Positions 12,480-23,757 of a stretch of 64,000 bases of DNA are shown in pieces. The notes under the pieces were generated by a model, which saw only the letters and a program-made list of their open reading frames with translations, was not told where the DNA came from and searched no databases. Source of the DNA: Monocercomonoides exilis PA203 (lineage: Eukaryota > Protista > Preaxostyla). Every line of letters begins with the position of its first letter. Position 1 is the first letter of the stretch. Made by a program: the position numbers and the translations under genes. The stretch covers positions 62,001-126,000 of the forward strand of contig LSRY02000038.1 of NCBI GenBank assembly GCA_001643675.2, in the 5' to 3' direction.

Positions 12480-13902
12480 CTTTGACTTCTTCGTTTGTGT
12501 TCTCTACAGGGATAGTCATTGGGACAGACGACACGGTACTGTTAAAGGCACTACAGCAGGCAGACGTGCTGATTGAGGTTGGGCTGCAGACGTGTGGGAT
12601 CGTGCCGCGGAGTCTGTGTGCGTACCTGGTTGTGAAGCATGTGTTCCAGCCCTGTCAATTCTGCTGGCTTTTCCTGCGGGTGTGGTGATGCCTTCGCTTG
12701 CTACATGTGCGCTGATGGAGCGCGTGTGTGGAGAGGCGCTGCACTCTGCAGCACCTGGAGTATGACATTGCGCCTGTATCTATGGAGCGTGTGTGGCAAC
12801 AGAGTATCTGGCGGAGGAGGCATGTTCATTGTCCCCTGCGCTGGTGGTGGTTGAGGCGACGCAGATACCGAATGTTGTGCTGCCATGTGTTCTGTTGGCG
12901 CTGGCAGCGTATTTCATGGTGGGGTGGGGGGAATTTGCTTTGCGAGATGCTGATGAAGTTCAGGGGCATTCTGTCGATCAAGTTGCAACAGCAGAAAAGA
13001 GCATATTGTGGAGATGATGATAAAGAAGATGGAAGAGAGATGAAGAGGAGGCAATGGAAGGGCTGATTGTAATGAAGATTCCAGAGAAGAGCGAGAAGAA
13101 GGGATGTTGTGGCAGCAGCGCACGAAAGAGTGTAGGAGAGGGGAAAATTGAAGAAGAAGGGGAGGAAGAAAGTTGCCCACCAGAGATTGTTGAAAAAAAA
13201 CAGGAGACAGCAAGGAAGATGGAGCGGGTGATCGCAGCAGCCGAAGGAGTGGAGTGCAAATGTGATCGTGTTGTATTGTCTGTTTGTGATCCATTTTTAA
13301 GAGGGGCCGCTGCAGTGGCATCGCTGAAGCATCAAGTGGAAAACAAAGAGCTAAGTGAAGAGTAAGTCATTTTGAGCCTGGAGAAGGAAGTGCTGGTGGA
13401 AGAGGGGTTTTGGAGGAGGCGTGCGTGCAGAGAGAAGGGAAGTGATGGAAATAAAGATGGAGATAAGTTGAAGAAGGGGGAGAGAAAGAGGAAGGAGAGA
13501 GAAAGTGAAAGAGAAGAAGAATTATTAATGTTATCTTCCACTTCCTCTGATACAACACATTTTCATTGTGCATCTCACAATAAACAGGTTGTATCTTCTT
13601 CTTCGTCGTTGTCTTGGGATTCTTCTTATTCTTCAGATGATGCAGCAGTTTTCACATCATTGAGCAGTGAAAGTGTAAGTGAATGGGGTAACCAGAAGCA
13701 TTTGCCATCTGTTGTCATCTGGCCAACTGTTGCTGCGATTAGGAGAAAGATCAGAAAGGAGAAAGACATCCAAAATATATCTTCAAAGCAACAGACAGTT
13801 GTGCTGACTCCAGCAAAGACAGTTTTTGCGAGAGGAATGGAATGCATTCAGACAGCTGTGCAGGCAGAGAGAGAAGTCATACAAGAACACTACACAATTT
13901 GA
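12480..13902 (+). pseudogene. GC-richer coding-like remnant of unknown function, frameshifted
   Basis: Sharp rise in GC after an intron-like T-rich stretch. Several overlapping short ORFs in changing frames have protein-like content (hydrophobic then charged). No recognisable motif. Confidence 0.35.
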
Positions 13903-13944
13903 AAGGAGAAGCACATCCATCCTTTCCTTCTGATGCATTTCCTG

Positions 13945-14075
13945 ACCTCCTTCTCCTCCTCTTTCTTCTTCTTCTTCTCCTTCTCCTTCTCCTTCTCCTT
14001 CTCCTTCTCCTTCTCCTTCTCCTTCTCCTTCTCCTTCATCTGCAACTACTCCAACTTCGACTTCTTCTTCTTCCA
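13945..14075. repeat. (CTCCTT)n microsatellite
   Basis: About 10 perfect hexamer units plus CTT runs. Confidence 0.85.
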
Positions 14076-16017
14076 GCGCCGTTCTTCCTTCTCTTTATGA
14101 AGCCGCAACAACACACAGCTGCCGAATAATGTCCTCGTTGGGTTCTCTTTGCCCAAACACGTTCCTTTCTCCCCTCTTCTCATGACATACAAAGCGATTT
14201 AATACCGAAAATAGCTCAAAGCCCAAAAATAAATACTTTTTCCAATTCTTTTTCTTCACCTTCACACCCTCATCACCTTCGCCTTCTTCATCTTCCTCGG
14301 CTTCTTCAGCAACTTCTTCGAATTCTTCTTCGAATTCTTTTTTGCCAATATCCTTGAAAGATATTCATTATGTTTGTAATATTAGCTCCAACAGAACGGT
14401 GTAATTATCTATTTCTTAAGCAAAGACGAGATATCAACTCAGAGACAGTCGCTGATGTTCCTATTTCAGTCTTTATCAATTAATTTCTGTCAGCCTGCCA
14501 GAAACGTTGTGCTCATTATTATTAAGTCTATCTTTAATCAACTTACAGAATATCAAATAATATCACATCGACATCACACAAGTCAAATTCAACTTCTTTG
14601 TTAATAACCTTGGATTCATTTCATAATTCATTGTAATCTCATCTTCTTCACTTTGTTCGCCTTCTTCTTTGCTGCTCATTTCACTTAAAGTTGGAACGGG
14701 GCATCAGAAGGCTGATGCATTAATACAGCTCAATCAGAAGTGCCACGATATTGAACCGAAAATTGTTTGTTTCGCTTTTTATAGTCTCAGCTTATCAATC
14801 AATAAATGAGACTTCTTTTCATTTTTCATTCACGATTCTCGTGATGGAAAAAAAAAAACGTCAAGATGAATTTATCTGATTTCATTTTCATAGTATTCTT
14901 CTTCAACGCCTTCTTTGATGATGGACAAAAATTGTGATAATTATTTTATTTCATTCCACTCCGCACGAATTCAACACCATGCCTCATCATCGATGTCAAT
15001 TTGGAAACACAAAAAGAAACATTTATTTTTTCACAGAATATCAGCTGAAGTCATATGATAATAGAAGAGACACTCAATTTAACACGAAAAGCCAATCAGA
15101 AGGCGTGCAATCAAAAGGGGAGGACGACTTTGCCTTTTTTGCTTGGAAGCTGAAAGAGGCTCAGATGAAAAGTTCATATTATCGAAGCAATTCTGGAACG
15201 TAATAAATGATTGAAATGATATTCTTCAGATCACACAATTGGATGGATACAAGCCACTTAAAAAATAATTCGATTAAAGATCATTTCATCATCATCATTA
15301 TCTTCTTCTTATTCTTCTACTTCTCCAACTTTTTTGATGATTCAACCCATTTCGAGTTGAATCAGAGCTTCGATCTTCATATCCATTGATGCGAATCGAT
15401 CAGCGGAAACGCCGTATGAGCCAAAAATTGCTTCATTTGCATTTCTTCTTCTCGACAAATCATAGACTGAATGATTTGTTTTTCCATTCAAGTTATTTGT
15501 GGTGAAAAGTCTATTTGGGCCAATATCAGTTTTTTCATTCTTGTAATGCTATTCTTCAATGCCTTCTTCAATGAAAAACAAAAATGTTTTAATTTTCTTC
15601 TGATGCATCTCCCGTGGAATTCAAAGTTTAGCTTTGTCATCAATTTTCTATTCATAGTCGCAAAATGAAAATTCATTCTTGTATAGTATTACAGCCAGGC
15701 CGAACATAGCAACGAAATGATTCTTTATTTATCCAAGAAAAAGTCTATCAGTTGGCGTTCAATAAAAAAGGAGAACTATTTTGCCATATTGGATGTTCTT
15801 CTTCAGATTTTTTCAATGTTACGAGCCTTCAATAAGCAATCAAAGATGAGACGATGATGAAAAGCGATTTAGAGGAAAATTCATTTTTAAAAAGGAATTT
15901 CTATGAAACAGCCAAATATACAGCAGACATGTGTGATTAATCCATCAAAAGTGTTTTTGAGTCAATTTCTTATATTTTGTGTTTGTGCCTTCTCTTCAAA
16001 TATCTTCTTATTTGCCT

Positions 16018-16900
16018 TCATTTGCATATATATTCACCGCAAGTCAGCTGATGAAATGATTTCTGCCTTATGATCTGCACCTTCTTCAGAAGCCCCGTCG
16101 CGTTGTGCGTACTCTTGTAGGGCATCTTTGATAGCCAACAATGCATTGCTCTGATGCCAAGTATGCTTTCAATGTATTCATCGTCAACTGTATGCCCGTT
16201 GAGAAATATAAATAAATCGACATCCCAATCGCCAAATGCTTCTGTTCTGTCATGTTCAACAGCCGAGTTGTCTTTTGAAGAGATGCTTCTCATGAAAGTG
16301 AACAAGGGCTCCTTCACAGAAGCGACAAATGATTCGCACACAAAATACATATCTCTTCCGACACTGGCCTTGTTGGCTGAAAACACGATATTGGTGATGG
16401 AAAAGGAAGATTCTGACACTTGTGAGCCTTCATTGAACTCGATCATGAGAGCACCGCCTCTTCCTCCAGAACTTGTATCCTCGCTCACTGAGCAGCTGGA
16501 GAAGGTGGAATCACTCACTGAAAACGAGTTGGCAGAAACGGATGAGGTGAATGAGATGCATCCGCCATCTGTGGCGGTCTGTTGGTTTTGTGGAGCTGAG
16601 TTGATGTTGGTGATGGTGCAGTTGGCGAGGGAGATGGAGAGGGCAGGGGAGGTGGCAATTAATGAAGAAATAAAAGAAGAAAGAAGAGAAAGCGCAGGAT
16701 AAGTGGAATGAATTCATTTTGCATTAAAGGAGCGATAGAGGGCGTATGCAGAACGAGTATGTGAAAGAAACAATAATGGAAAATTTTGGACGAACAAATG
16801 ATATAGAAAAGAAAGTTTGAACTCCAAATAATCAGGAGAATAGAGAGAAACGACGAATTTGAATCAGTTGTTATTCTTGGAAATATTTCCTTTTCCACAG
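16018..16900 (-). pseudogene. Right-handed beta-helix (Pmp-like GGAx / FxxC / FxxN) protein fragment
   Basis: STFSSC...GGRGGALMI...IVFSANKASVGRDMYF in ORF 16018..16518. The frame extends upstream (NCTITNI...DGGCISF) without a clear start. Confidence 0.55.
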
Positions 16901-17199
16901 TTCTATCTTTTGTTTTGCTGTTGAAGCTGAAACACTAAACTGGAATGATGATTTTGTGATGCAAAAGCCAAAGAAACTAAAGATGACAAACTATTGTCAT
17001 TTTTAGAATGTCAAAAAAAATATTTTTTTTTTCAAATTTCAAACTTTTCAGATGTTTTTTGTTTTTATTTTCCAATTATCCGTATTGTTAAGTTAGTCTT
17101 GAAACTTCTATTTCTTTCTGAAGTTTTATTTATTTGTTTTTTGTTAATTTTAAAAAACTTGATCATAAAAATTCTTTTTCTCAAAATTTATAAATAAAT

Positions 17200-17438
17200 G
17201 GGTAATTCTTTTTGAAAGTCACAAATGTTAAATTTTCAAATAAACCAAAATTTTCATATTTTACTCAAATTTCTGTAAACATTCACGTAACAACACTCGA
17301 ACGCATGACATAGCATAATCCAATAATGGATTCCAAATTTGGTAAGTTTGGCGCATGTTAACAGAAATTTGAAAAAAATGTGAAATTTTTGATTTATTTG
17401 AAAATTAAACATTTGCGACTTTTCAAAAAGAATTACCC
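17200..17438. mobile_element. MITE-like element, 239 bp, with ~83-bp imperfect terminal inverted repeats
   Basis: Left GGGTAATTCTTTTTGAAAGTCACAAATGTTAAATTTTCAAATAAACC...; right (reverse complement) GGGTAATTCTTTTTGAAAAGTCGCAAATGTTTAATTTTCAAATAAATC.... AAAT lies on both outer flanks. Confidence 0.75.
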
Positions 17439-17869
17439 AAATGTGTGTTTTTTTCAATAGAAAAATAAAACAAATATAAAACACAGAAATAAAAGCTTAA
17501 TACTTGTAAAATATTAATTAAAATCTTTGATCAATGATTAACACAATAGATTTTATTTTTTCGATAATTGACCTTTTATTGTGATATCAAAAAAAAAATC
17601 ATATTTCAAACTTAATCAGATTTCAAAATAAACTGGATATTTTTATTGGAGAACAGGAATCATAGAATTAATGATGAAGTGCTTTTTAACATCATACGTA
17701 TTCAAACAATGAACCCATTTTATTGGAGTTTTTCGAACTATAAAAGTCATATTAAAATGCATAATTTTTCAATAAAACTGCTAAAAGTGTGATATTTTGA
17801 TAAATAAAACATTTTGCGTGGTGTTTTTTTCTTCTGAAACTTCCAGCAAGTGTTCTATCAAAAGCAATC

Positions 17870-18137
17870 GGACAAAATATTTCTCTTCAGGCATTTTCAT
17901 TGATAAAATACTCTCTTTTCATTGACTGAAAGAGATCAAAAAACGCCATAAGAATGGGTCAATTTTTTGACATTTGAAAAAATGTTGGAAAACTTTTTGT
18001 TTTGATTTCTATGATGCCTGTTAACGGATGAAAAATTCAAATTTATTTTGAAATCCGAGAAAGCGATATAAAGTTGTGAGTGAAGAAATATTTCAAAACC
18101 TAGTGCAAAAAAAGAATGAAAGTCCGTATTTTCCCCC
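17870..18137. repeat. Dispersed ~265-bp repeat, copy 1 (MITE-like)
   Basis: Colinear similarity to 62096..62359: GGACAAAATAT..CTTCAGGCATTTTCAT ... AATGGGT ... TTTATTTT(G/A)AAATC ... GAAAGTCCGTATTTTC. Confidence 0.7.
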
Positions 18138-18925
18138 AAATATCCAAATGTTAATCTATCATCCGCTCCAATAACTCAATATTTAACACGATGGATTTTG
18201 CTTTAAAATGCAATAATGGGTTCATAATTGTCATTCTTGTGAAATTCTGATTTATTAACCGCAAATTTGTCAATATGGGTGATTTTTTATGAAATCATAA
18301 CTTTTTTCGGTGTGTTAGAAATTCTAATATTTTGTTTCTTGGAAGAGGAATTGTTATTTTGAAGGAAAAAAAACATAATAATTGTTTGAAAAAACGATAT
18401 TCGAGAACGTATTAAAAGAAAACTCTTTTAAGCAGCTATAACTTTGCAGTATCGATTAATCTCCATTTAAAGTGAAAACTCAGACCGAAATTTTTGATTG
18501 AAAAAATATGGATTCAAAAATAAATACCCATATATGAATTTTTAATTTTTTCATGTGAATTCAACAAATCAACTTGAAAATAAAAAGATAACGATTTTTA
18601 TTATTTATTATTTATTATTTTATTTTATTTTATTTTGTTTTATTTTTTTGAACTTTTCAAAAAAAGGAATATAAAATAATATGCGAAAGAAAAAAAAATC
18701 GATAGAAAAAGAATCAATCTTGTTAAATTATTCTATTTACTTTGCGAAAAAAAAATACAACTTCAAAAAAACATTCTAATATTCTTAAAACTCATTAAAT
18801 AAAAAATTTAAAGGCTTTCAAATCTGAAATTTCCAAAATAAAATAGCAGATGATAATGAAAAAGTGTCAGTTATTTCATGGTTCATCTGATTTTTGAGTT
18901 TTAAAGTGAAGTGAATCTCATTTCC

Positions 18926-20359
18926 TCAAGCATTCACAAAATAATCAGAAATGTCCAACGATATTTTACCATTATAATTTTTTTTTCCGTTAAGAAAATC
19001 AAACATTTCATGAATGCTTGTGATGGTGTCTTCGTATCCTTCTTCTTCCATCTTTTCAAACACTTTCTTTTTCATATCCTTTCTTTCCTCTTTTTTACAT
19101 CGAATTGAAATTTCTTTAAAAAACATTGAAATATGATGAACCATTTCGTCGTCCATTGTTGGCCTCTGAATCTCCTCCAAAAAAGCTTCAACTGCTCCGC
19201 CTTTCAGCAAGCCATCAACCCCCGCAGTTCTGTATCCTACTGCCCTTCGCAATATGTTAACGCATTGGCTGCCAATTTCCCTGTGATTATCCTTTGCTGC
19301 TCGAAATATCTGAACTATGCTATTGATAAGCCCCACAAATTCTTCTTTCCTAATTGTGCAGAGGGAAAAATAAAATTCAAATATTCCCAACAAGCTCAAT
19401 ATAGTAAACGCTTCTTTCGTTTCTGTTACTCTTTTTTCTTCTTTTCCTCTTCCCCAATCAATGCATTTCATCAACTCTTCCAATTCCCTTCTTGCTTCTC
19501 TCGCTAAATGCAGCTCATTCACAATCACTTCTTCCAAGCTTTTGTCGTTGAAAAATCTGCAAATCAAAAACTGCCAAGTACATTGATACGCAAGTCGCGT
19601 GAGATTGCGATGCTCCTGATGATTTTTCATGATCTCTTTCAGTTCATTCATATAAGGTTCTTGCTCGATTTGCTGATAAAAAATGTGTTAAAAAAATCAA
19701 TAAAATCATAAAGAAAATAGAAATGCTCATACCACATATATATCTATGCGATTCAAAGCCAATAATGCCATTTCCACATCTTTTTGAGTCTCCTCGTTTT
19801 CCTTCCTGTTCATCGCAACTTTCAGAAGACGAGGCACACAAATTGAAATCAATTCCGATGAAGCATTGTTTCTCAGCATAAGATAGCATTCGCAAAGGTC
19901 AACAAGAAGCTTTTCATTTTCCCCTTCTTTCTTCTTCTCTTCTTCAGCAATCATCTTTTCAATTCTTAAATGAAGCGAAGACATTTGGAAATCAAATTTA
20001 AAGGAATTGACGATGACATTGTGATATCCGATGTTCTTCGTCAACAAAATAGCATTTTCCAAAGACAATTTCTTTTCTTCAATCAATTTATTAATTTTGT
20101 TGTATGTTTGTCTCGTGAAAATAGATTCAAATTCTTTCTTATTCATTCCATTAATTATTTCATTCATTTCTTCAATTTTCTGCTTCTGCGCATTTTTGTT
20201 GCATCTTTCAAGCTCAGAAAATAATTCTTCAAAAGCAAAATTATCACTATAATCGATGATTTGAATGAATGTTTTCAAACCAAAATACTTCTCTGTTCTG
20301 GACATCTCCAGAATTGCCCCAGTGCACTCATCAGCATTATATGAGCTCATATTATTCAT
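18926..20359 (-). CDS. Alpha-helical family protein, copy D (apparently intact)
   Basis: ATG 20359 (MNNMSSYNADECTGAILEMSRTEK). Two introns at family positions (GTTTG..GAAG; GTATG..CAG). Exons lie in ORFs 19727..20359 and 18926..19651, ending DYFVNA-TGA. Confidence 0.85.
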
Positions 20360-21401
20360 AGCAATAATTTCTCAAATTTTTAGATATTATTCGTCACTTA
20401 ATGAAATAAAAGGTAAATAGAAACATTTTGATAGCTTTGTAAAATGAAAACATTACAAACACAAAATCAATTGCTTCGCTTTATAAAAATAAGTGTGAAA
20501 AAAAAAAATGTTCACCAAAGCCAATGATCTTTCCTGAAAAGGACAGAAAAGCAAACGTTTTTGTTTCTCTTTGATCAAACCAACAATAATTTTTAATTGA
20601 GATGTTTTAATCATAATGAAAACAGAAATTAATATTGTTTATCCCCATGTCTATTGATAATAGTAATAAATATTTTTTATAAATTCAAAAAGACAAGGAT
20701 GCTTTATTATCAAAGAAGTAATTTATTTTGAAAATTATTCTGTGGTTTTTCCATATTTGAATTAAAAATTTTTCGATCTTGTAACATGCAAAAATTTATC
20801 AAAAATTCAAAAACAAAGTTGAATTGCAAGAAAAAGAATGCTTCTTTTTTCATTTTTGATTCTGATACATAAAAAAGGATTTTAAATTAAATGAAATAAG
20901 TCATATAAAGAGACTGTTTTATTTCATCTTAACTCTTACAACAATACCTAAACTTGACCAACAAAATTTAAAATAATAAAAAAAAAAATTATTCCAATTA
21001 ACAAAAGTTTTTAAAAATCCAATTTATTTAAAAAAGTAAAGAAAAGAAATTCCACAAACTCATAAAAATCACTTTGAAAACTAACAAAATTCACAAACAT
21101 TTGCTTCTGCCAAGTGAAGACAATACTTAAACGTCCAAATGAAAAGGTGAAAAAGCAATGAAAAAAAGAAGTATACAAAAGCATTTCCTTCTCTTTTTCA
21201 AAATTAATAAATATGTACACATATTTTTAAATGAATAAATATATAAACAAACAATAAAAATAAAAATAAAAATACAAAACTTAATTTATTTTTTATTTTT
21301 ATTTTTATTTGTTATTTTTTTTTTTTTTTTTGAAAAAAGAAGAGGAAATTTGATTATTTCTCACAAAATCCAAGAAAAGATCCTCGTTGAAGAATCTGCT
21401 G

Positions 21402-23523
21402 TCAAATCTCGTGAATAGCAGAATTAACACTTGGCTCTTTAAATAAATCGTCGTCTGAGTTTCGATTTGCCCTTTCTTCTTCTTCTTTCCTCTTTTTTGC
21501 TTCTATTTCTTCTCTTTCCTCTCTCTCATAATGATCATTGATCTCATCCATTGCTGCACTAAGCTCTTCCGGTTTTAGTCCTTTCAATGCCATCTCAGCA
21601 AGCCTCTGATCTTTCTCTTCCTCTCTCGTTTTTCTCAATGCCTCTTTCTTTGCTTCTTTAACTTTCTTTTCCTCTTCCTTTTGCTTTTCCCGCATCTTCT
21701 CCATTCTCCTCCTCTTCCACTCTCTTGCCCTTCTCTCCTGCTCTTCTCTGCTCCTTTTCCGCGCTGCATCCTGCCACACAAACAGCCCTTTCCTCACCTC
21801 TACATTCCGCTCTATCCACTTCACATCTCCTGTCAGCAAATACAGCACTGCACAGAATGCAGCCAGCACAACCACAAACTACACCACCATTGGCACCAGC
21901 GACAGCGCCATGTTCCTCTCCATTTTGTGCGCCCGCTCTATCAGCTCGTCTGTCACCACCACCACAGCTGACATGAACCGCTCTGCCCCTTTCCACGCCT
22001 CTCCATTCGAAGCAGGAGGATCAAACACCCCAATTTCATCCAAACACAGAAGAGGGATCAGAACAATGGCAATTCCGGCAATGCGAATGCTTTTGCTGCA
22101 CAATGCAGAATATTCATGGAGTGATGGACTTATATCAAACATGAACACATTAATTACAACAATTGTTGGGAAAATTGGAAGAAATGCAACAGTCCAGGAG
22201 TTTGTGATGTTGACTGGTTGTTGTGTGTTTGAATGTCAATAAAAATTTCCAAATGGCAAATTAAAAATTAAATGGATTACAAAGACAAAAATTAAAATGC
22301 AACAAGAAAAGTTAAAAATATAAATATAAATATAAACAGAATAAATAAAAGCATACAGCATATTTGGAGAAATAGCAACGAATAAGTCAACATTACACCA
22401 CACATTGCCAGCCCTAAAAATATAAAATCGATGCGCACATTGCCAGGACACATAACCCAGTTTTCGACTGTGGATATGAAAAAAATTTCTCCAAGCAAAG
22501 CGAATGACAACACCATCACTCAAACAAACAATGTTGAGTTTAATCCACATTTCAGAACTGTATCTCTTTCATATTTCTCATTTATTTCCGATTGGCTGAA
22601 AACTCCTCTGCTTTCTTCTTCACATCTTTTGAAATCAACACTTGAATGTGACTTAGTTATCGATCCATCAACCAATCTGTTGCGAATATTGGATGTGTAC
22701 TTCTCGTCATTCACAAAATCGTCCAATTCAGAAGACATCCAATAATTGAGAAAGGAAAATAATATCACTTGGAGACAAGAAAAAATTAACTTGCACCGAA
22801 TTCTCTCTCGCTTCGTTAAATACAGAGACAAAATACCAAAAGACAATGGAAGCATTGTCATAGAAACTCTGAACAGTAATTTTGATTGAGATAAACTGAA
22901 TGACAACACCGATCTTGTAACTTTGTTTGTAACCAAATTTGAAACATTCGGATCATCAGACAATTTGTCGAAAACAGGACCCCGAATAAAATTTGTTGAA
23001 AAAAAATATCGCAAAGAAGAAGAGGAACAAAAAAGATGTTAATAATACCAACGCAAGTGTGAATAAAAGAAGTCTTATTTTTGGATGTGTTATAGATTTT
23101 TGTAAATGATAAACATCACTCCAAATCCTTCGCCTGGTGTCAAAAAACACCTCCGAAAAAGTCCCGTACATTTTTATCGTATCTTTCCATCCTTTTGGAC
23201 TCAGACCATATTTTGTTCTGTTTGCTTTATCCTATGACAAAAATTATTTGTATTTCTTCTCATCTCGACCTCTTCAAAATTGCTCAATATTCAAACCATT
23301 TCATTGCCTTGGTCAAGTGTTTCAATGTCTTGAAACTCGTTCTGATTCAGATAAATGTTGTTCTTCAATCGAGGAAGCTCTTCAACAACGATTTCGCGCC
23401 AGAACCTAACAATCATCAGATATCAATAAAAATGGAGAAGATGAAAATAAAAATTGATGAACAAACTCTTCCTTATTCTATATAAAACGAAAATGCTTCG
23501 ATGTTTCCATTAGACTCATTCAT
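21402..23523 (-). pseudogene. Multi-pass membrane protein with C-terminal charged coiled-coil tail; disrupted, or affected by assembly errors
   Basis: ATG 23523 with GT-AG introns and several hydrophobic segments in ORFs 22956..23171, 22520..23014, 22292..22519, 21879..22148 and 21402..21875. In-frame TGA at 22520 and TAG at 21879 join consecutive ORFs; a frame change falls at a T-homopolymer near 23000. Confidence 0.6.
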
Positions 23524-23757
23524 GTTTTCTTTTCAAGTTATTTTTATTCAAAAATCAATAATAATAATAATAATAATAATAAAACATTTAATAAATGATG
23601 CACTTTATCTACAATATTTATTTTTGCATTTTTGAAAAGAATTTGTTAAAAAAAAAAGTCTTCACATTATTTTTATGAATGATCATTTTTCTTAACCTTA
23701 TTAAGGTTGAAAATTGTGATCTTTTTTGTGAGATCGAGAAATTTTATATTTTTTGAA
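23524..23757. promoter_or_regulatory. Short divergent (bidirectional) promoter region
   Basis: 234-bp AT-rich gap with (AAT)n between head-to-head ATGs at 23523 (-) and 23758 (+). Confidence 0.45.
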
